DNA of 44,309 bases from assembly GCA_014237915.1 (NCBI GenBank), contig JABACC010000005.1, positions 1 to 44,309 on the forward strand, in the 5' to 3' direction. Under the pieces are notes generated by a model. The model was not told the DNA's origin, did no database searches, and saw nothing but the letters and a program-made list of their open reading frames with translations. The position numbers and the translations under genes were made by a program. This document shows, in pieces, positions 8,434 through 18,130 of this stretch (positions are counted from its first letter, which is position 1; each line of letters starts with the position of its first letter). The stretch is from Candidatus Paceibacter sp. (GTDB taxonomy: Bacteria; Patescibacteriota; Minisyncoccia; Phycocordibacterales; GCA-2747955).

Positions 8434-9354
8434 ATGAAAAAAAAAGAAAAAATTATTTGTATTTTGGGGCCCACAGCTTCAGGAAAAACTTCTTTGTCAA
8501 TTTCGTTGGCAAAAAAATTTAACGGCGAAATTATTTCGGTTGATTCAAGGCAGGTTTTTTCTGGAATTGAAATTTTTTCGGGCGCAGCCGAAGGCTGCGC
8601 CCAAAAAAATATCCCTCATCATTTAATATCTTTTCGCTCTCCTAAAAATCCATTCACTACATCTCTATTTGAAAAAAAAGCTAAAAAAATAATTTCAGAA
8701 ATTTCAAAAAAAGGAAAAGTTCCCATTTTAGCTGGCGGATCTTCTTTTTATTTTGAATCTATTTTTTGGCAAAATTTTTTGCCAAATGTGAAGCCAGACG
8801 AAAAATTAAGAAAAAATCTTTCAGAAAAAAGCCTTGGGGAGCTTGGAGAAATTTTAAAAAAACTAGATGAAAATTTTTATCAGAAAATAGATTTAAAAAA
8901 TAAAGTAAGAATTATAAGAGCTATAGAAATTTCCAAAAAAATTGGTTCGGTTCCAGAAATCAAAAAACTTTCAAATTCAAAATATGATTTTTTTGTTGTA
9001 AATATAGATTTAGAAAAAAATGTTTTAGAAAAAAAAATTGAGAAAGGTTTTAAAAAAAGGTTTAAGGCTGGGTTTTTGAAAGAGGCGGAAATTTTGCGAA
9101 GCAAAATTTCCGCCAAAAGATTTTTTCAATTAGGCCTTTCTTATAAAAATATCTTTAAGCTTTGGGAAGAAGAAATTTCAGAAAAAGAATTTGTAAATCT
9201 TGCAGTTAAAGAAGAGCAAAAATATTCAAAAAGACAAAAAACCTATTTAAAAAAACTGAAAAAAGAGTTGAAAGAAAATAAAATTAAAGTTTTTAATTTT
9301 CCAGAAAATAATTTACAAGAAATTAAAAAAGAAATTAGAAAATTTATTAAATAA
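8434..9354 (+). CDS. miaA: tRNA dimethylallyltransferase
   Basis: GPTASGKT, EIISVDSRQV, PHHL, RIIRAIEI, YSKRQKT. Confidence 0.95.
   Translation: MKKKEKIICILGPTASGKTSLSISLAKKFNGEIISVDSRQVFSGIEIFSGAAEGCAQKNIPHHLISFRSPKNPFTTSLFEKKAKKIISEISKKGKVPILAGGSSFYFESIFWQNFLPNVKPDEKLRKNLSEKSLGELGEILKKLDENFYQKIDLKNKVRIIRAIEISKKIGSVPEIKKLSNSKYDFFVVNIDLEKNVLEKKIEKGFKKRFKAGFLKEAEILRSKISAKRFFQLGLSYKNIFKLWEEEISEKEFVNLAVKEEQKYSKRQKTYLKKLKKELKENKIKVFNFPENNLQEIKKEIRKFIK
8572..8610 (+). repeat. GNA-triloop hairpin inside the miaA CDS
   Basis: gggcgcagcc-GAA-ggctgcgccc, extendable into the T/A flanks with one mismatch. Confidence 0.88.
9084..9114 (+). repeat. second GNA-triloop hairpin inside the miaA CDS
   Basis: ggcggaaattttgc-GAA-gcaaaatttccgcc; encodes AEILRSKISA. 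Confidence 0.9.
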
Positions 9355-9424
9355 AATAAATTTAAGCTTTGAATACTTAAATGTTAAAATAGACACATTA
9401 ACAATAAAAATTAAAAACATAATT

Positions 9425-10264
9425 ATGAATACATTACTTATATTTTTCTTAATAACATTAGTCGGATTTGTTTGGACTTTTTGGACAATAGTCGCATATC
9501 TTAAAACAGTTCCAAAAGGCACAGTACCAAAAAGTGTTAAGCCTCTTTTTTCAAAGCTTGCATTAGGGGTGATTATTTCTTTAATCTCTCTATGCTACGG
9601 AATTACTCAGGTTGGCCTAGACGGATTTTGGACTTTTATCCCATACTTTTTAATAGTTTTTCCAGTTCTTTTTGGCTCTTTAATTATGTGGTTTTTAACA
9701 CAGAGAAAAACTCCACTAGGAAACATCGCTATTCAAGTTGGTGATCCCATTATTCCTTTTACTGCCTTAGATTCTGAAGGAGGAAATTTTTCAAGTGAAG
9801 AATTTTCTGGAAGAAGAATTTTATTAAAATTTTTTAGAGGAGAATGGTGTCCTTACTGTGCTGCTGAATTAATGGAGTTTGAAAAAATGTCTGATCAGTT
9901 AAAAAACCACAACATTACTATTTACGCATTAAGTAAAGATACTCCCGAAAGAGCAAAATTTCAAAAACAAAGAGATGGAATAAATTTTTCTTTACTTTCT
10001 GATAAAAATTTAGATGTTATAAAAGCTTACGGAGTTGAACACCATAAAGCTCTAGGGCAAACAAAAGGAGCTTCAAAACCAATTTTAGGTGGGCTAAGAT
10101 TAAATATTTTTGGTCAATTAAAATTTGAATCAATGGCAATTCCAACATCTGTTTTAATTGATGAAAACGGAATTGTTAAATGGATTGACCAAGCAGACGA
10201 CATTAGAATCAGAAGTAACAACGAAAGAATTATGTCGGCCGTAAAAGACGCTTTTGGAAATTAA
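9425..10264 (+). CDS. membrane-anchored peroxiredoxin-like (AhpC/TSA) protein
   Basis: Three N-terminal hydrophobic segments, FFRGEWCPYC, LLSD, AIPTSVLIDENG. Confidence 0.85.
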   Translation: MNTLLIFFLITLVGFVWTFWTIVAYLKTVPKGTVPKSVKPLFSKLALGVIISLISLCYGITQVGLDGFWTFIPYFLIVFPVLFGSLIMWFLTQRKTPLGNIAIQVGDPIIPFTALDSEGGNFSSEEFSGRRILLKFFRGEWCPYCAAELMEFEKMSDQLKNHNITIYALSKDTPERAKFQKQRDGINFSLLSDKNLDVIKAYGVEHHKALGQTKGASKPILGGLRLNIFGQLKFESMAIPTSVLIDENGIVKWIDQADDIRIRSNNERIMSAVKDAFGN

Positions 10265-10291
10265 TCTCAGATTCTAAAGAAAAATAAAAAA

Positions 10292-10756
10292 ATGAATTAT
10301 CTTGTTTTGCACAACATTAGATCTTTAATGAATGTTGGGGCGATTTTTAGAACTGCTGATGGAGCTGGGGTTGATAAAATTATTTTATCTGGTTATACTC
10401 CGGGGCCTTACAACAAATTTGGAGGAGATAATGGAAAAATTGAAAAAACTTCGCTCGGCGCTCATAAATTTGTAAAATCAGAAAGGACTAAAAATTTAAC
10501 AAAAACTCTGGAAGATTTAAAAAAAGAAAAATTTTATATTATTGGAATTGAACAAGGAAAAAATTCAAAAGATTATAAAAAAATAAAAGCTAAAAATAAA
10601 AATGTTTTTATTTTGGGAAATGAAGTGCGAGGGATTTCAAAATCTTTGCAAGAAAAATGTGATGTTTTAGCAGAAATTCCAATGGCCGGAAAAAAAGAAT
10701 CTTTAAATGTTTCAGTTTCTGCCGGAATTGCAATTTTTAGAATTTTGAATTTATAA
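10292..10756 (+). CDS. TrmH/SpoU family RNA methyltransferase
   Basis: NVGAIFRTAD, GNEVRGI, IPMAGKKESLNVSVSAGI. Confidence 0.93.
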   Translation: MNYLVLHNIRSLMNVGAIFRTADGAGVDKIILSGYTPGPYNKFGGDNGKIEKTSLGAHKFVKSERTKNLTKTLEDLKKEKFYIIGIEQGKNSKDYKKIKAKNKNVFILGNEVRGISKSLQEKCDVLAEIPMAGKKESLNVSVSAGIAIFRILNL

Positions 10757-10761
10757 GCCGA

Positions 10762-10796
10762 AAAGGTGAAAAATTGCTCCGCAATTTTTCACCTTT
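10762..10796 (-). repeat. GNA-triloop hairpin (GGA on minus)
   Basis: aaaggtgaaaaattgc-TCC-gcaatttttcaccttt. Confidence 0.9.
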
Positions 10797-10862
10797 CCTA
10801 ACTCCCTCAAAAAAAGTTGTGTTAAAATAATTTAAATATTAAAAATTAAGAGTATTAAAAAT

Positions 10863-11213
10863 ATGAAATTAGAGGAATTTATAAACAAAATAGAGGATAA
10901 AGAAATTGAATTTGCTATCGATGAGACAAAGGCTGGATGGATGGTAGACCAAGGCATGCTGGGTAAAAGTGAATATTATGCTTTACATTTTTGGAGTATG
11001 ATATCTTTTGTTCTACACCTACTAGCTCCTATATCTTTATTTTGGCTGCACTGGATTTGGGCAATTGTTATATTTATATTAGCCAGAATGTTGTGGAAAG
11101 CAACCAAACAAAGCAACAAAGATTTTGTATTAGAAAAAATTATACGAAATGAAGAATTTTTTAACCTTTGTATAAAAAACGAAGTTTTAATTGTTAGAGA
11201 TAAAGTAACCTAA
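10863..11213 (+). CDS. hypothetical membrane protein
   Basis: 116 aa with a central hydrophobic Trp-rich hairpin. Confidence 0.7.
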   Translation: MKLEEFINKIEDKEIEFAIDETKAGWMVDQGMLGKSEYYALHFWSMISFVLHLLAPISLFWLHWIWAIVIFILARMLWKATKQSNKDFVLEKIIRNEEFFNLCIKNEVLIVRDKVT

Positions 11214-11221
11214 AAATTAAG

Positions 11222-11857
11222 TTAAAACATTTTTATTAAATGTTTTTTAATTTCTTCAAAATTATTTTTTTTTGAAAAGAAATGATTGGCTTCTTTTATT
11301 TCAATTAAATTTAGGTCTGCGTAAGTTTTTTGAAACTCATTTTCCAAATAACTTCTAACTTCTTCAATATGAGAAGAAAATATTAAAATATTTTCTTTAA
11401 TAAAATCTTCATAATTATTTTCTTCTGAAGAATACTCTAAATAAAATTGTTTTGAAATTTCTTTTAAATTATCTTTCCCTCCCCAAAAAATATAATATTT
11501 ATTATTTTTTACTAAAAAAACCTCATCATGTAAATTTTTTGGAATTGGTAAAACAGATGGATCAAATAAAATTAATTTATTTTTTAATTTAAGTTCAATA
11601 AATAGTTGAGACAAAATCGCTCCTGCCATACTGTGCCCTATAAAAATAACTTCATCTAAATTAATTTTTTTAAGAAAAATTTTTAATTTTTCTTTAGTTT
11701 CTTTAATAGAAAAATCTTTTGTGTTTTTCTCGTCAGAATATTGAAAAAAAATAAAATCAATATTATTTTTATTATAAAAATTTTTTAAGTTTTTATAAAA
11801 TTTTTCTTCCTCTATGCTAAAAAGTCCTGGTAAAAAAATAATTTTTTTAAATTTCAT
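11222..11857 (-). CDS. alpha/beta hydrolase
   Basis: FLPGL oxyanion region, GHSMAG nucleophile elbow, ANHFF. Confidence 0.85.
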   Translation of the reverse strand: MKFKKIIFLPGLFSIEEEKFYKNLKNFYNKNNIDFIFFQYSDEKNTKDFSIKETKEKLKIFLKKINLDEVIFIGHSMAGAILSQLFIELKLKNKLILFDPSVLPIPKNLHDEVFLVKNNKYYIFWGGKDNLKEISKQFYLEYSSEENNYEDFIKENILIFSSHIEEVRSYLENEFQKTYADLNLIEIKEANHFFSKKNNFEEIKKHLIKMF

Positions 11858-11943
11858 TAGTATAAAAAAGGTTTTTTTGTGGAAAACCTAAAAAAAACCA
11901 TTGTTAAGATTAAGTTTGATTATACATGAAACTCACCATTTTT

Positions 11944-11970
11944 AAAGCGTGCGCCGAAGGCGCACGCTTT
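11944..11970 (+). repeat. GNA-triloop hairpin in a divergent spacer
   Basis: aaagcgtgcgcc-GAA-ggcgcacgcttt. Confidence 0.9.
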
Positions 11971-12022
11971 TAAAAATATTAAAAATATTTTTTTTTCCTC
12001 TTTTTTTTGTTAAAATTTAAAC

Positions 12023-12201
12023 AATAAGCGCTTTTTAATAAATTTTATAAATATTGGAAGATAATAATTTCAAAAAAAAATTTACAAAATTTTCAAAAAA
12101 GAATAAGGGTGGCACCGCGGGTTATCTAATGAAAAAATATTTTTCAATTTTTAAAAACTCGTCCCTACAAATTATTAAAATTTTGTAGAGGCGAGTTTTT
12201 T
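12023..12201 (+). ncRNA. T-box leader upstream of aspS
   Basis: AAGGGTGGCACCGCG T-box near 12105-12119, antiterminator partner CGTCCCT, overlapping terminator 12153-12201 with T-tract. Confidence 0.85.
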
Positions 12202-12221
12202 GTCTCTTAATTAAAAAAAAT

Positions 12222-13547
12222 ATGGAAAGAACAATGATAAAAAATTTGTCTGAAAAAATCGGACAAGAAGTAAAAATAAAATCTTGGATAGATGTTGCCA
12301 GAAATCAAGGGAAAGTAGCTTTTTTTGATTTTCGTGACAATTCAGGAAAAGTGCAAGGTGTTGTTTTTGGAAAACCAGAAATCGAAGAAACTGCCAAAAA
12401 AATTAGAAGTGAATGGGTGGTGGAAATTTTAGCAATTGTAAACCAACGTCCAGAAAAAGCGGTAAAAGAAGAAGTTTTGAATGGAAATATTGAGCTTGAA
12501 ATTAAAGACATAAAAATTTTATCTGAAGCTGAAATTCCTTTTGATTTAAACGAGGAATTAAATTTAGATGTTTTTTTAGATAATCAGCCTTATTCTTTAA
12601 GATCAGAAAAACCTAAATCTGTTTTTAAAATTCAAGCAGAAATTGTAAAATCTTTCAGAAAAACTTTAAACTCTTTAGATTTTACAGAATTTCAAGCGCC
12701 GAAAATTGTTGGCGGAGATGCAGAAGGTGGAGCTGAAGTTTATAAAATTGATTATTTTGGGTCTGAGGCAGGGCTTGCCACTTCCCCACAACTTTACAAA
12801 CAAATAATGGTAGGAATTTTTGAAAGATCTTTTTGTGTAGGAAATGTTTTCAGAGCTGAAAAACATTCAACCTCAAGACATTTAAACGAATATACTTCGA
12901 TGGATTTTGAAATGGGTTTTATTGAAGATCACAATGATGTAATGAATGTTTTTACAAAAGTTATGCAAGGAATAAAAAATGATTTAGAAGAAAATTGTAA
13001 AGAAGAATTAAAAATTTTAGAAACAGAAAAACTAGAAATTCCAGATAAAATTCCAACTTATACTCTTTTGGAAGCTCAGGAAATTTTGGAAAAAGAGCTA
13101 AATCAAGAAAATGTTATCGGTGAACCAGATTTAGAGCCAGAACATGAAAAACTTTTATCGAGCTATGTGAAAGAAAAATTTAATTCTGATTTATTGTATG
13201 TTACTCATTATCCAGTTTCGAAAAGACCTTTTTATGCGATGGAGGATTCAGAAAACAGAGGTTTTACAAAATCCTTTGATGCAATTTTTAAAGGGGTGGA
13301 AATTGTTTCTGGAGGCCAAAGAAGGCACAATTATGAAAATTTACTAGAAGGATTAAAAACGAAAAACTTAAAACCAGAAGATTTTGAATTTTATCTTCAA
13401 GCTTTTAAAACTGGTCTTCCTCCTCACGGTGGAATTGGTTTTGGACTTGAAAGAGTTACTCAAAAAATTGTTGGACTTGATAACGTTAAAAAAGCTACTT
13501 TGTTTCCAAGAGAAATAAATAGAATTGATAGACTGATAAATAAATAA
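12222..13547 (+). CDS. aspS: aspartate--tRNA ligase, short archaeal-type (AspRS/AsnRS-like)
   Basis: N-terminal OB fold, SPQLYKQ, FRAEKHSTSRHLNEYTSMD, EIVSGGQR, PPHGGIGFGLER. Confidence 0.9.
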   Translation: MERTMIKNLSEKIGQEVKIKSWIDVARNQGKVAFFDFRDNSGKVQGVVFGKPEIEETAKKIRSEWVVEILAIVNQRPEKAVKEEVLNGNIELEIKDIKILSEAEIPFDLNEELNLDVFLDNQPYSLRSEKPKSVFKIQAEIVKSFRKTLNSLDFTEFQAPKIVGGDAEGGAEVYKIDYFGSEAGLATSPQLYKQIMVGIFERSFCVGNVFRAEKHSTSRHLNEYTSMDFEMGFIEDHNDVMNVFTKVMQGIKNDLEENCKEELKILETEKLEIPDKIPTYTLLEAQEILEKELNQENVIGEPDLEPEHEKLLSSYVKEKFNSDLLYVTHYPVSKRPFYAMEDSENRGFTKSFDAIFKGVEIVSGGQRRHNYENLLEGLKTKNLKPEDFEFYLQAFKTGLPPHGGIGFGLERVTQKIVGLDNVKKATLFPREINRIDRLINK

Positions 13548-13573
13548 TTTATTGAAATTTTAGGAAAAATACG

Positions 13574-13635
13574 GAAAATTTAGGGCGCAAAAAAAATGAG
13601 GCTTTAGCCTCATTTTTTTTGCGCCCTAAATTTTC
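13574..13635. terminator. 29-bp-stem hairpin between convergent aspS and rpmB
   Basis: gaaaatttagggcgcaaaaaaaatgaggc-TTTA-gcctcattttttttgcgccctaaattttc. Confidence 0.75.
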
Positions 13636-13641
13636 AAAATC

Positions 13642-13887
13642 TTATTTGATAATTTTTGCTTTTTTCAAAACAGAATAAGCTCCATTTTTTGCAATAGTTT
13701 TAATCGCTTTTGTAGAAAGTATCATCTTGTAAGTTTTTCCAGTTTCTGGAACAAAAACTTTCTTTTTTTGCAAATTAGCTTTTCTTCTTTTTTTCCCACA
13801 AGGATTATATTGGGTAGCACGAACACGGTTAGAGTATCTTCCTCCAACTTGTGAGTCTTTTCCTGTTATTTCACATTTTTTAGCCAT
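13642..13887 (-). CDS. rpmB: 50S ribosomal protein L28
   Basis: MAKKCEITGK...ANLQKKK...LSTKAIKT. Confidence 0.92.
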   Translation of the reverse strand: MAKKCEITGKDSQVGGRYSNRVRATQYNPCGKKRRKANLQKKKVFVPETGKTYKMILSTKAIKTIAKNGAYSVLKKAKIIK

Positions 13888-13991
13888 AATAAAATAAATT
13901 TAATTGAGAGAATTTTAACAAAAAAAAAATCTTTAATCAAGCTTATTTTTAAATTTTTTAAAAAAAATTTTATTTTTGTTATAATGGAAAA

Positions 13992-14618
13992 ATGGATCCT
14001 ACTATTATTATTGCCATAATTTTCATATTAATTTTCTCAGCTATTATTCATGAACTAGCTCATGGCTACACAGCTTTATATTTTGGCGATCCCACAGCTG
14101 AAAATTCTGGCAGGCTAACTTTAAACCCAATTTCTCATTTAGATTTTTTTGGTTCAATAATTTTACCTATTTTATCTTCTTTGGGAGGTTTTTTGCTTGC
14201 TTTTGCAAAACCAGTCCCCTACAACCCGTTAAATTTTTCCCATCCAAAATTTTCCAGAAAAGCTCAAGAAGCGTTGGTCGCTTTTGCTGGCCCTCTTTCA
14301 AATATTTTTTTAGCAATTATTTTTTCCATAATTTTTCATATTTTAAATTTTTTAGAATTTTCAAATCCTCTAACTTTTGAAATATTAGAATATTCAATTT
14401 TAATAAATTTTATTTTAGCTATTTTTAATTTAATTCCCGTTCCTCCACTCGATGGCTCAAAAATTTTATATTATTTTCTTCCTACAAAAAATTATTTAAA
14501 ATTTAGAAATTTTTTTGAAAAAAATACAATGATATTTTTTATTATCTTAATTGCTTTTATTTTTTTCTTTCCATTTATTTATAAAGTAGCTTTTTTTCTC
14601 TTGAACATTTTAATCTGA
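13992..14618 (+). CDS. site-2 protease (M50 family)
   Basis: HELAH, GRLTLNP, AGPLSN, FNLIPVPPLDG. Confidence 0.95.
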   Translation: MDPTIIIAIIFILIFSAIIHELAHGYTALYFGDPTAENSGRLTLNPISHLDFFGSIILPILSSLGGFLLAFAKPVPYNPLNFSHPKFSRKAQEALVAFAGPLSNIFLAIIFSIIFHILNFLEFSNPLTFEILEYSILINFILAIFNLIPVPPLDGSKILYYFLPTKNYLKFRNFFEKNTMIFFIILIAFIFFFPFIYKVAFFLLNILI

Positions 14619-14632
14619 TATAATATCAAAAT

Positions 14633-15121
14633 ATGAAAAACCAAAATAAAAAAATTTTAATTCCAACAATAATTATAATTTTAATCATAATAGGATTAAT
14701 TTATTTTTCAAATACTGAAAAAGATGTCGTGTCTGCTCATGTAAGCCAAGAAGATTCAGAAACTGAAAATTCTCCAAAAGCAGATGAATTTTCTTTTGAA
14801 AGTATTCCTGAGGAAAATGTTTTTGAATATTCTGAGGCTTTAGATTTTTCTAAATTTGAAGGGAAAAAAATAATTATAAATTTCTCTGCAGTTTGGTGTC
14901 CTTCTTGCCAAATTTTAAAAAGAAGTATTTCAGAAAATGTAAATGTTATTCCAAACGATTTAGTAATTATCACAGCAGACTATGACAAAGAAAAAGATCT
15001 AAGAGAAAAATATGAAGTTTTCCACCAACACACTCTTGTTCAGGTTGACCAAAATGGAGAAAAAATAAATATTTTAAGAAATGTTTTTTCAATAGAAGAT
15101 TTAATCGACAGCTTAAAATAA
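14633..15121 (+). CDS. membrane-anchored thioredoxin-family protein
   Basis: N-terminal TM, WCPSC. Confidence 0.88.
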   Translation: MKNQNKKILIPTIIIILIIIGLIYFSNTEKDVVSAHVSQEDSETENSPKADEFSFESIPEENVFEYSEALDFSKFEGKKIIINFSAVWCPSCQILKRSISENVNVIPNDLVIITADYDKEKDLREKYEVFHQHTLVQVDQNGEKINILRNVFSIEDLIDSLK

Positions 15122-15122
15122 A

Positions 15123-15881
15123 ATGGATCTTTTAGCTTTATCTTTTTTAGCTGGAGCGCTAACAATTTTAACTCCTTGTGTTTTGCCTGTTTTGCCAATT
15201 GTTATTGGCTCAGGTGCAATTGAAAAATCAAACAAGAAAATTATCGCCATTATTTTATCTTTGTGTATTTCTATAATTTTTATTTCTCTGCTTTTAAAAA
15301 CTGGAGCTGACACTTTAGGCTTTTCTGAAAATTTTTGGAAAAATTTTTCAGCCACAATAATCTTAGTTTTTTCTTTTCACTTTCTTTTTCCTCAAACTTG
15401 GGCAAAAATACTTCACGAAATCAAAAAATTTTTAAAAAAAATAATTCCAACAAACAAAAACCAAAACAAAAAAATAAATATTTTTTCTCTTTCAAAAAAA
15501 AATAATTTATCTTCCCAAATAATTTTAGGTTTATCTTTGGGGCCAATTTTTTCCACCTGCTCGCCAACTTATTTTATAATTTTAGCGACGGTTTTACCTG
15601 AGAGTTTTTATGTTGGTTTTATAAATTTACTAGCTTTTTGTTTAGGGGTTTCTTTGGTTATGTTTTTGGTGGCTTATGCAAGTAAGGGAGTTTTTAGAAA
15701 AATGATTAATCTTTCAAACCCAAACGGATGGTTTAAAAAAATTTTAGGAATTATTTTTGTTTTAGTGGCTATTGGAATTTTTTCTGGATACGACAAAAAA
15801 ATTGAGGCATATTTGGTTGGAAAAGGTTATTTAGGAGCCACCGAATTTGAAATCAAGGTTTTAAAAGACATTGGAATGTAA
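15123..15881 (+). CDS. ccdA: CcdA/DsbD-type transmembrane disulfide-exchange protein
   Basis: AGALTILTPCVLPVLP, second Cys in STCSP; abuts the thioredoxin gene. Confidence 0.85.
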   Translation: MDLLALSFLAGALTILTPCVLPVLPIVIGSGAIEKSNKKIIAIILSLCISIIFISLLLKTGADTLGFSENFWKNFSATIILVFSFHFLFPQTWAKILHEIKKFLKKIIPTNKNQNKKINIFSLSKKNNLSSQIILGLSLGPIFSTCSPTYFIILATVLPESFYVGFINLLAFCLGVSLVMFLVAYASKGVFRKMINLSNPNGWFKKILGIIFVLVAIGIFSGYDKKIEAYLVGKGYLGATEFEIKVLKDIGM

Positions 15882-15905
15882 AAAGTTTGAAAAATGAAAA
15901 AAAAC

Positions 15906-15944
15906 GAAAGGGTGAAAAATCCCTTCGGGATTTTTCACCCTTTC
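15906..15944 (-). repeat. GNA-triloop hairpin between convergent genes
   Basis: gaaagggtgaaaaatccc-TTC-gggatttttcaccctttc. Confidence 0.9.
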
Positions 15945-15956
15945 TCCTCTTCCCTC

Positions 15957-16235
15957 CTACTTTTCCAAAATTTCCAAAATCTCTCTTTCTGCTAAATCAA
16001 GTTTTTCAGAAAAAATATAAAAAGTTTGCACAGAAAAATTTCCCACCACTTTTAATTCCAGAGAGGTTTTATTTTTTTTAAGCTTTGCTCTTATTTTTTT
16101 AGAATTTTTATTTTTAACAGAAACTATCGGCCCAAGGGTAATTTTTTTTACCTCTTCTAATTTTGAAATTTTTTTAATAATTTTTTCTGCAGGCTCTATT
16201 AAAGTTGTATGTGATTTTGAAATTTTTTCTTTCAT
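15957..16235 (-). CDS. small basic hypothetical protein (DUF2103-like)
   Basis: SHTTLI...KKITLGPI...SVQTFYI pattern recalled from DUF2103. Confidence 0.55.
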   Translation of the reverse strand: MKEKISKSHTTLIEPAEKIIKKISKLEEVKKITLGPIVSVKNKNSKKIRAKLKKNKTSLELKVVGNFSVQTFYIFSEKLDLAEREILEILEK

Positions 16236-16309
16236 AAAATTTTAGTTAAAAAAATCATAACTAATTTTTCTAAAAAAACCTAAAGATAAAATTATGCTAA
16301 AATTAAAAA

Positions 16310-16813
16310 ATGAAAATAATCGTTCCAAAAGAATATAAAAACAAGTGCATTTTTTCTTCCTGCAAAAAATACCGCTACTATTTAGAAAGAAGTTTTAAGG
16401 AAAATCCAAAAAGCTTTTTAGTTTTTATAATGTTAAATCCTTCCACGGCTGACGAAAAAACAAACGATCCCACCGTTTTAAGGTGTCAAAACCACGCATT
16501 AAATAAAAAATTTGATGGTTTTATTGTTTTAAATTTATTTGCTTTTCGAAGTACCGAACCAAAAAATTTAAAAACTACAAAAAATCCAGTTGGTATTTTA
16601 AACGACAAAACAATTTTAAAAACTTTAAAAAATAACAAAAATATAATTTGTGCTTGGGGAAATCACGGCAGTTTTTTAAATCGCTCAGAAGAAATAAAAA
16701 ATATTTTTAAAGAAAAGAAAATAAAAACAAAAGCTTTTGAAATTACAAAACTGGGCGAGCCTAAACATCCTCTCTATATTTCATACGGTAAAAAATTAAT
16801 AAACTTTGTTTAA
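16310..16813 (+). CDS. DUF1643 family protein
   Basis: YRYYLER, FIMLNPSTAD, DPT, NLFAFRST, AWG, PKHPLY. Confidence 0.9.
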   Translation: MKIIVPKEYKNKCIFSSCKKYRYYLERSFKENPKSFLVFIMLNPSTADEKTNDPTVLRCQNHALNKKFDGFIVLNLFAFRSTEPKNLKTTKNPVGILNDKTILKTLKNNKNIICAWGNHGSFLNRSEEIKNIFKEKKIKTKAFEITKLGEPKHPLYISYGKKLINFV

Positions 16814-16875
16814 AGTTTTGTAAAAAAATAAAACTTTGTTATTATTTAAAAATATAGAATTAATTTAAAAACACG

Positions 16876-18108
16876 ATGAAAAATACTAAAAAAAATAAAA
16901 ATGTAAAAAAAACTTTATCAAAAAAAGTTTTAAAAAAACCAATGGTTGTTAAAAGATCTGAAAGCATAAAAATAAATAAAGAAGTTGTAAATCTTCCAAA
17001 AATAAAAGTTGTAGGAATTGGAGGTTCTGGAAAAAACGCCACAAACTACATGATTAAAAAAGACATCAAAGGAATAAAATTTGTTGTTATAAATACAGAT
17101 GCTCAAGATTTAAATCAGTCAAAAGCCACAAAAAAAGTTCATATCGGAAAAAATCTTACAGAAGGAGCTGGAACAGGAATGGATCCAAAAGTTGGAAAAA
17201 AAGCAGCTTTAGAAACAAAAGAAGAAATCGCAAATTCTTTGAAAGATTCTCAAATGGTATTTTTAACAGGTGGAATGGGAGGAGGAACAGGAACAGGAGC
17301 TACTCCGGTTGTTGCGTCAATTGCTAAAGAAATGGGAATTTTAACAATCGCGGTTGTTACAAAACCATTTTCTTTTGAGGGGAAAAAAAGATTAGAGCTT
17401 GCTGAAGAAGGAATTTCAGAACTTTCAAAATATGTTGACTCTTACATAGTTATAGAAAACGACAGAATTTTAGAAGCAGTCGGAGAAGACGCTTCAATGG
17501 ACGAAGCTTTTGCTCTTTCTGATGAAATTTTGCGCCAAGCAGTTGAAGGAATTTCAGACTTAATTACAAAACCAGGAAGAATAAATATAGATTACGCAGA
17601 TATTAAAACTGTTTTAGAAAACTCTGGAATTGCTCTTATTGGAATTGGTTCAGCAAGAGGAAAAAACAGGGCTTCAGCAGCCTCAGAGCTTGCTATAAAC
17701 TCCCCTTTAATAGAAACTTCCACTTCAGGGTCTCAAGCAATTTTATTTTCAATAATTTCATCCGGAGACGATTTAAAAATGTCTGAAATTTCTCAAATTG
17801 CAGAATCAATCACAAAAGAAGCTCATCCTGACGCAATAATCAAGTTTGGAACAGTTAAAAATTCAAAGCTTAGAAAAGGAGAAATAAAAGTTATTGTTGT
17901 GGCTTCTCGTTTTGAAGGAGATTCAAGTGAAGAAAATTTAGAAGGTGAAGCTTTTGGTCTTTCTTTTAAAAAACCAAAAGCTATCAAAAAAAATATTGAA
18001 AATCCCGAAGATGAGGAAATAGTTTTTTTAGAGGAAGACGAAAAAGAAGAAGATGAAAAAGATATTTTTTCTTCTTTCCCAAATTTTTTCAGAAGAAGAA
18101 AAGATTAA
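16876..18108 (+). CDS. ftsZ: cell division GTPase FtsZ
   Basis: IKVVGIGGSG, NTDAQDL, GGGTGTG, NIDYAD. Confidence 0.97.
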   Translation: MKNTKKNKNVKKTLSKKVLKKPMVVKRSESIKINKEVVNLPKIKVVGIGGSGKNATNYMIKKDIKGIKFVVINTDAQDLNQSKATKKVHIGKNLTEGAGTGMDPKVGKKAALETKEEIANSLKDSQMVFLTGGMGGGTGTGATPVVASIAKEMGILTIAVVTKPFSFEGKKRLELAEEGISELSKYVDSYIVIENDRILEAVGEDASMDEAFALSDEILRQAVEGISDLITKPGRINIDYADIKTVLENSGIALIGIGSARGKNRASAASELAINSPLIETSTSGSQAILFSIISSGDDLKMSEISQIAESITKEAHPDAIIKFGTVKNSKLRKGEIKVIVVASRFEGDSSEENLEGEAFGLSFKKPKAIKKNIENPEDEEIVFLEEDEKEEDEKDIFSSFPNFFRRRKD

Positions 18109-18130
18109 AAATTAATTTAAAATTTAAAAT

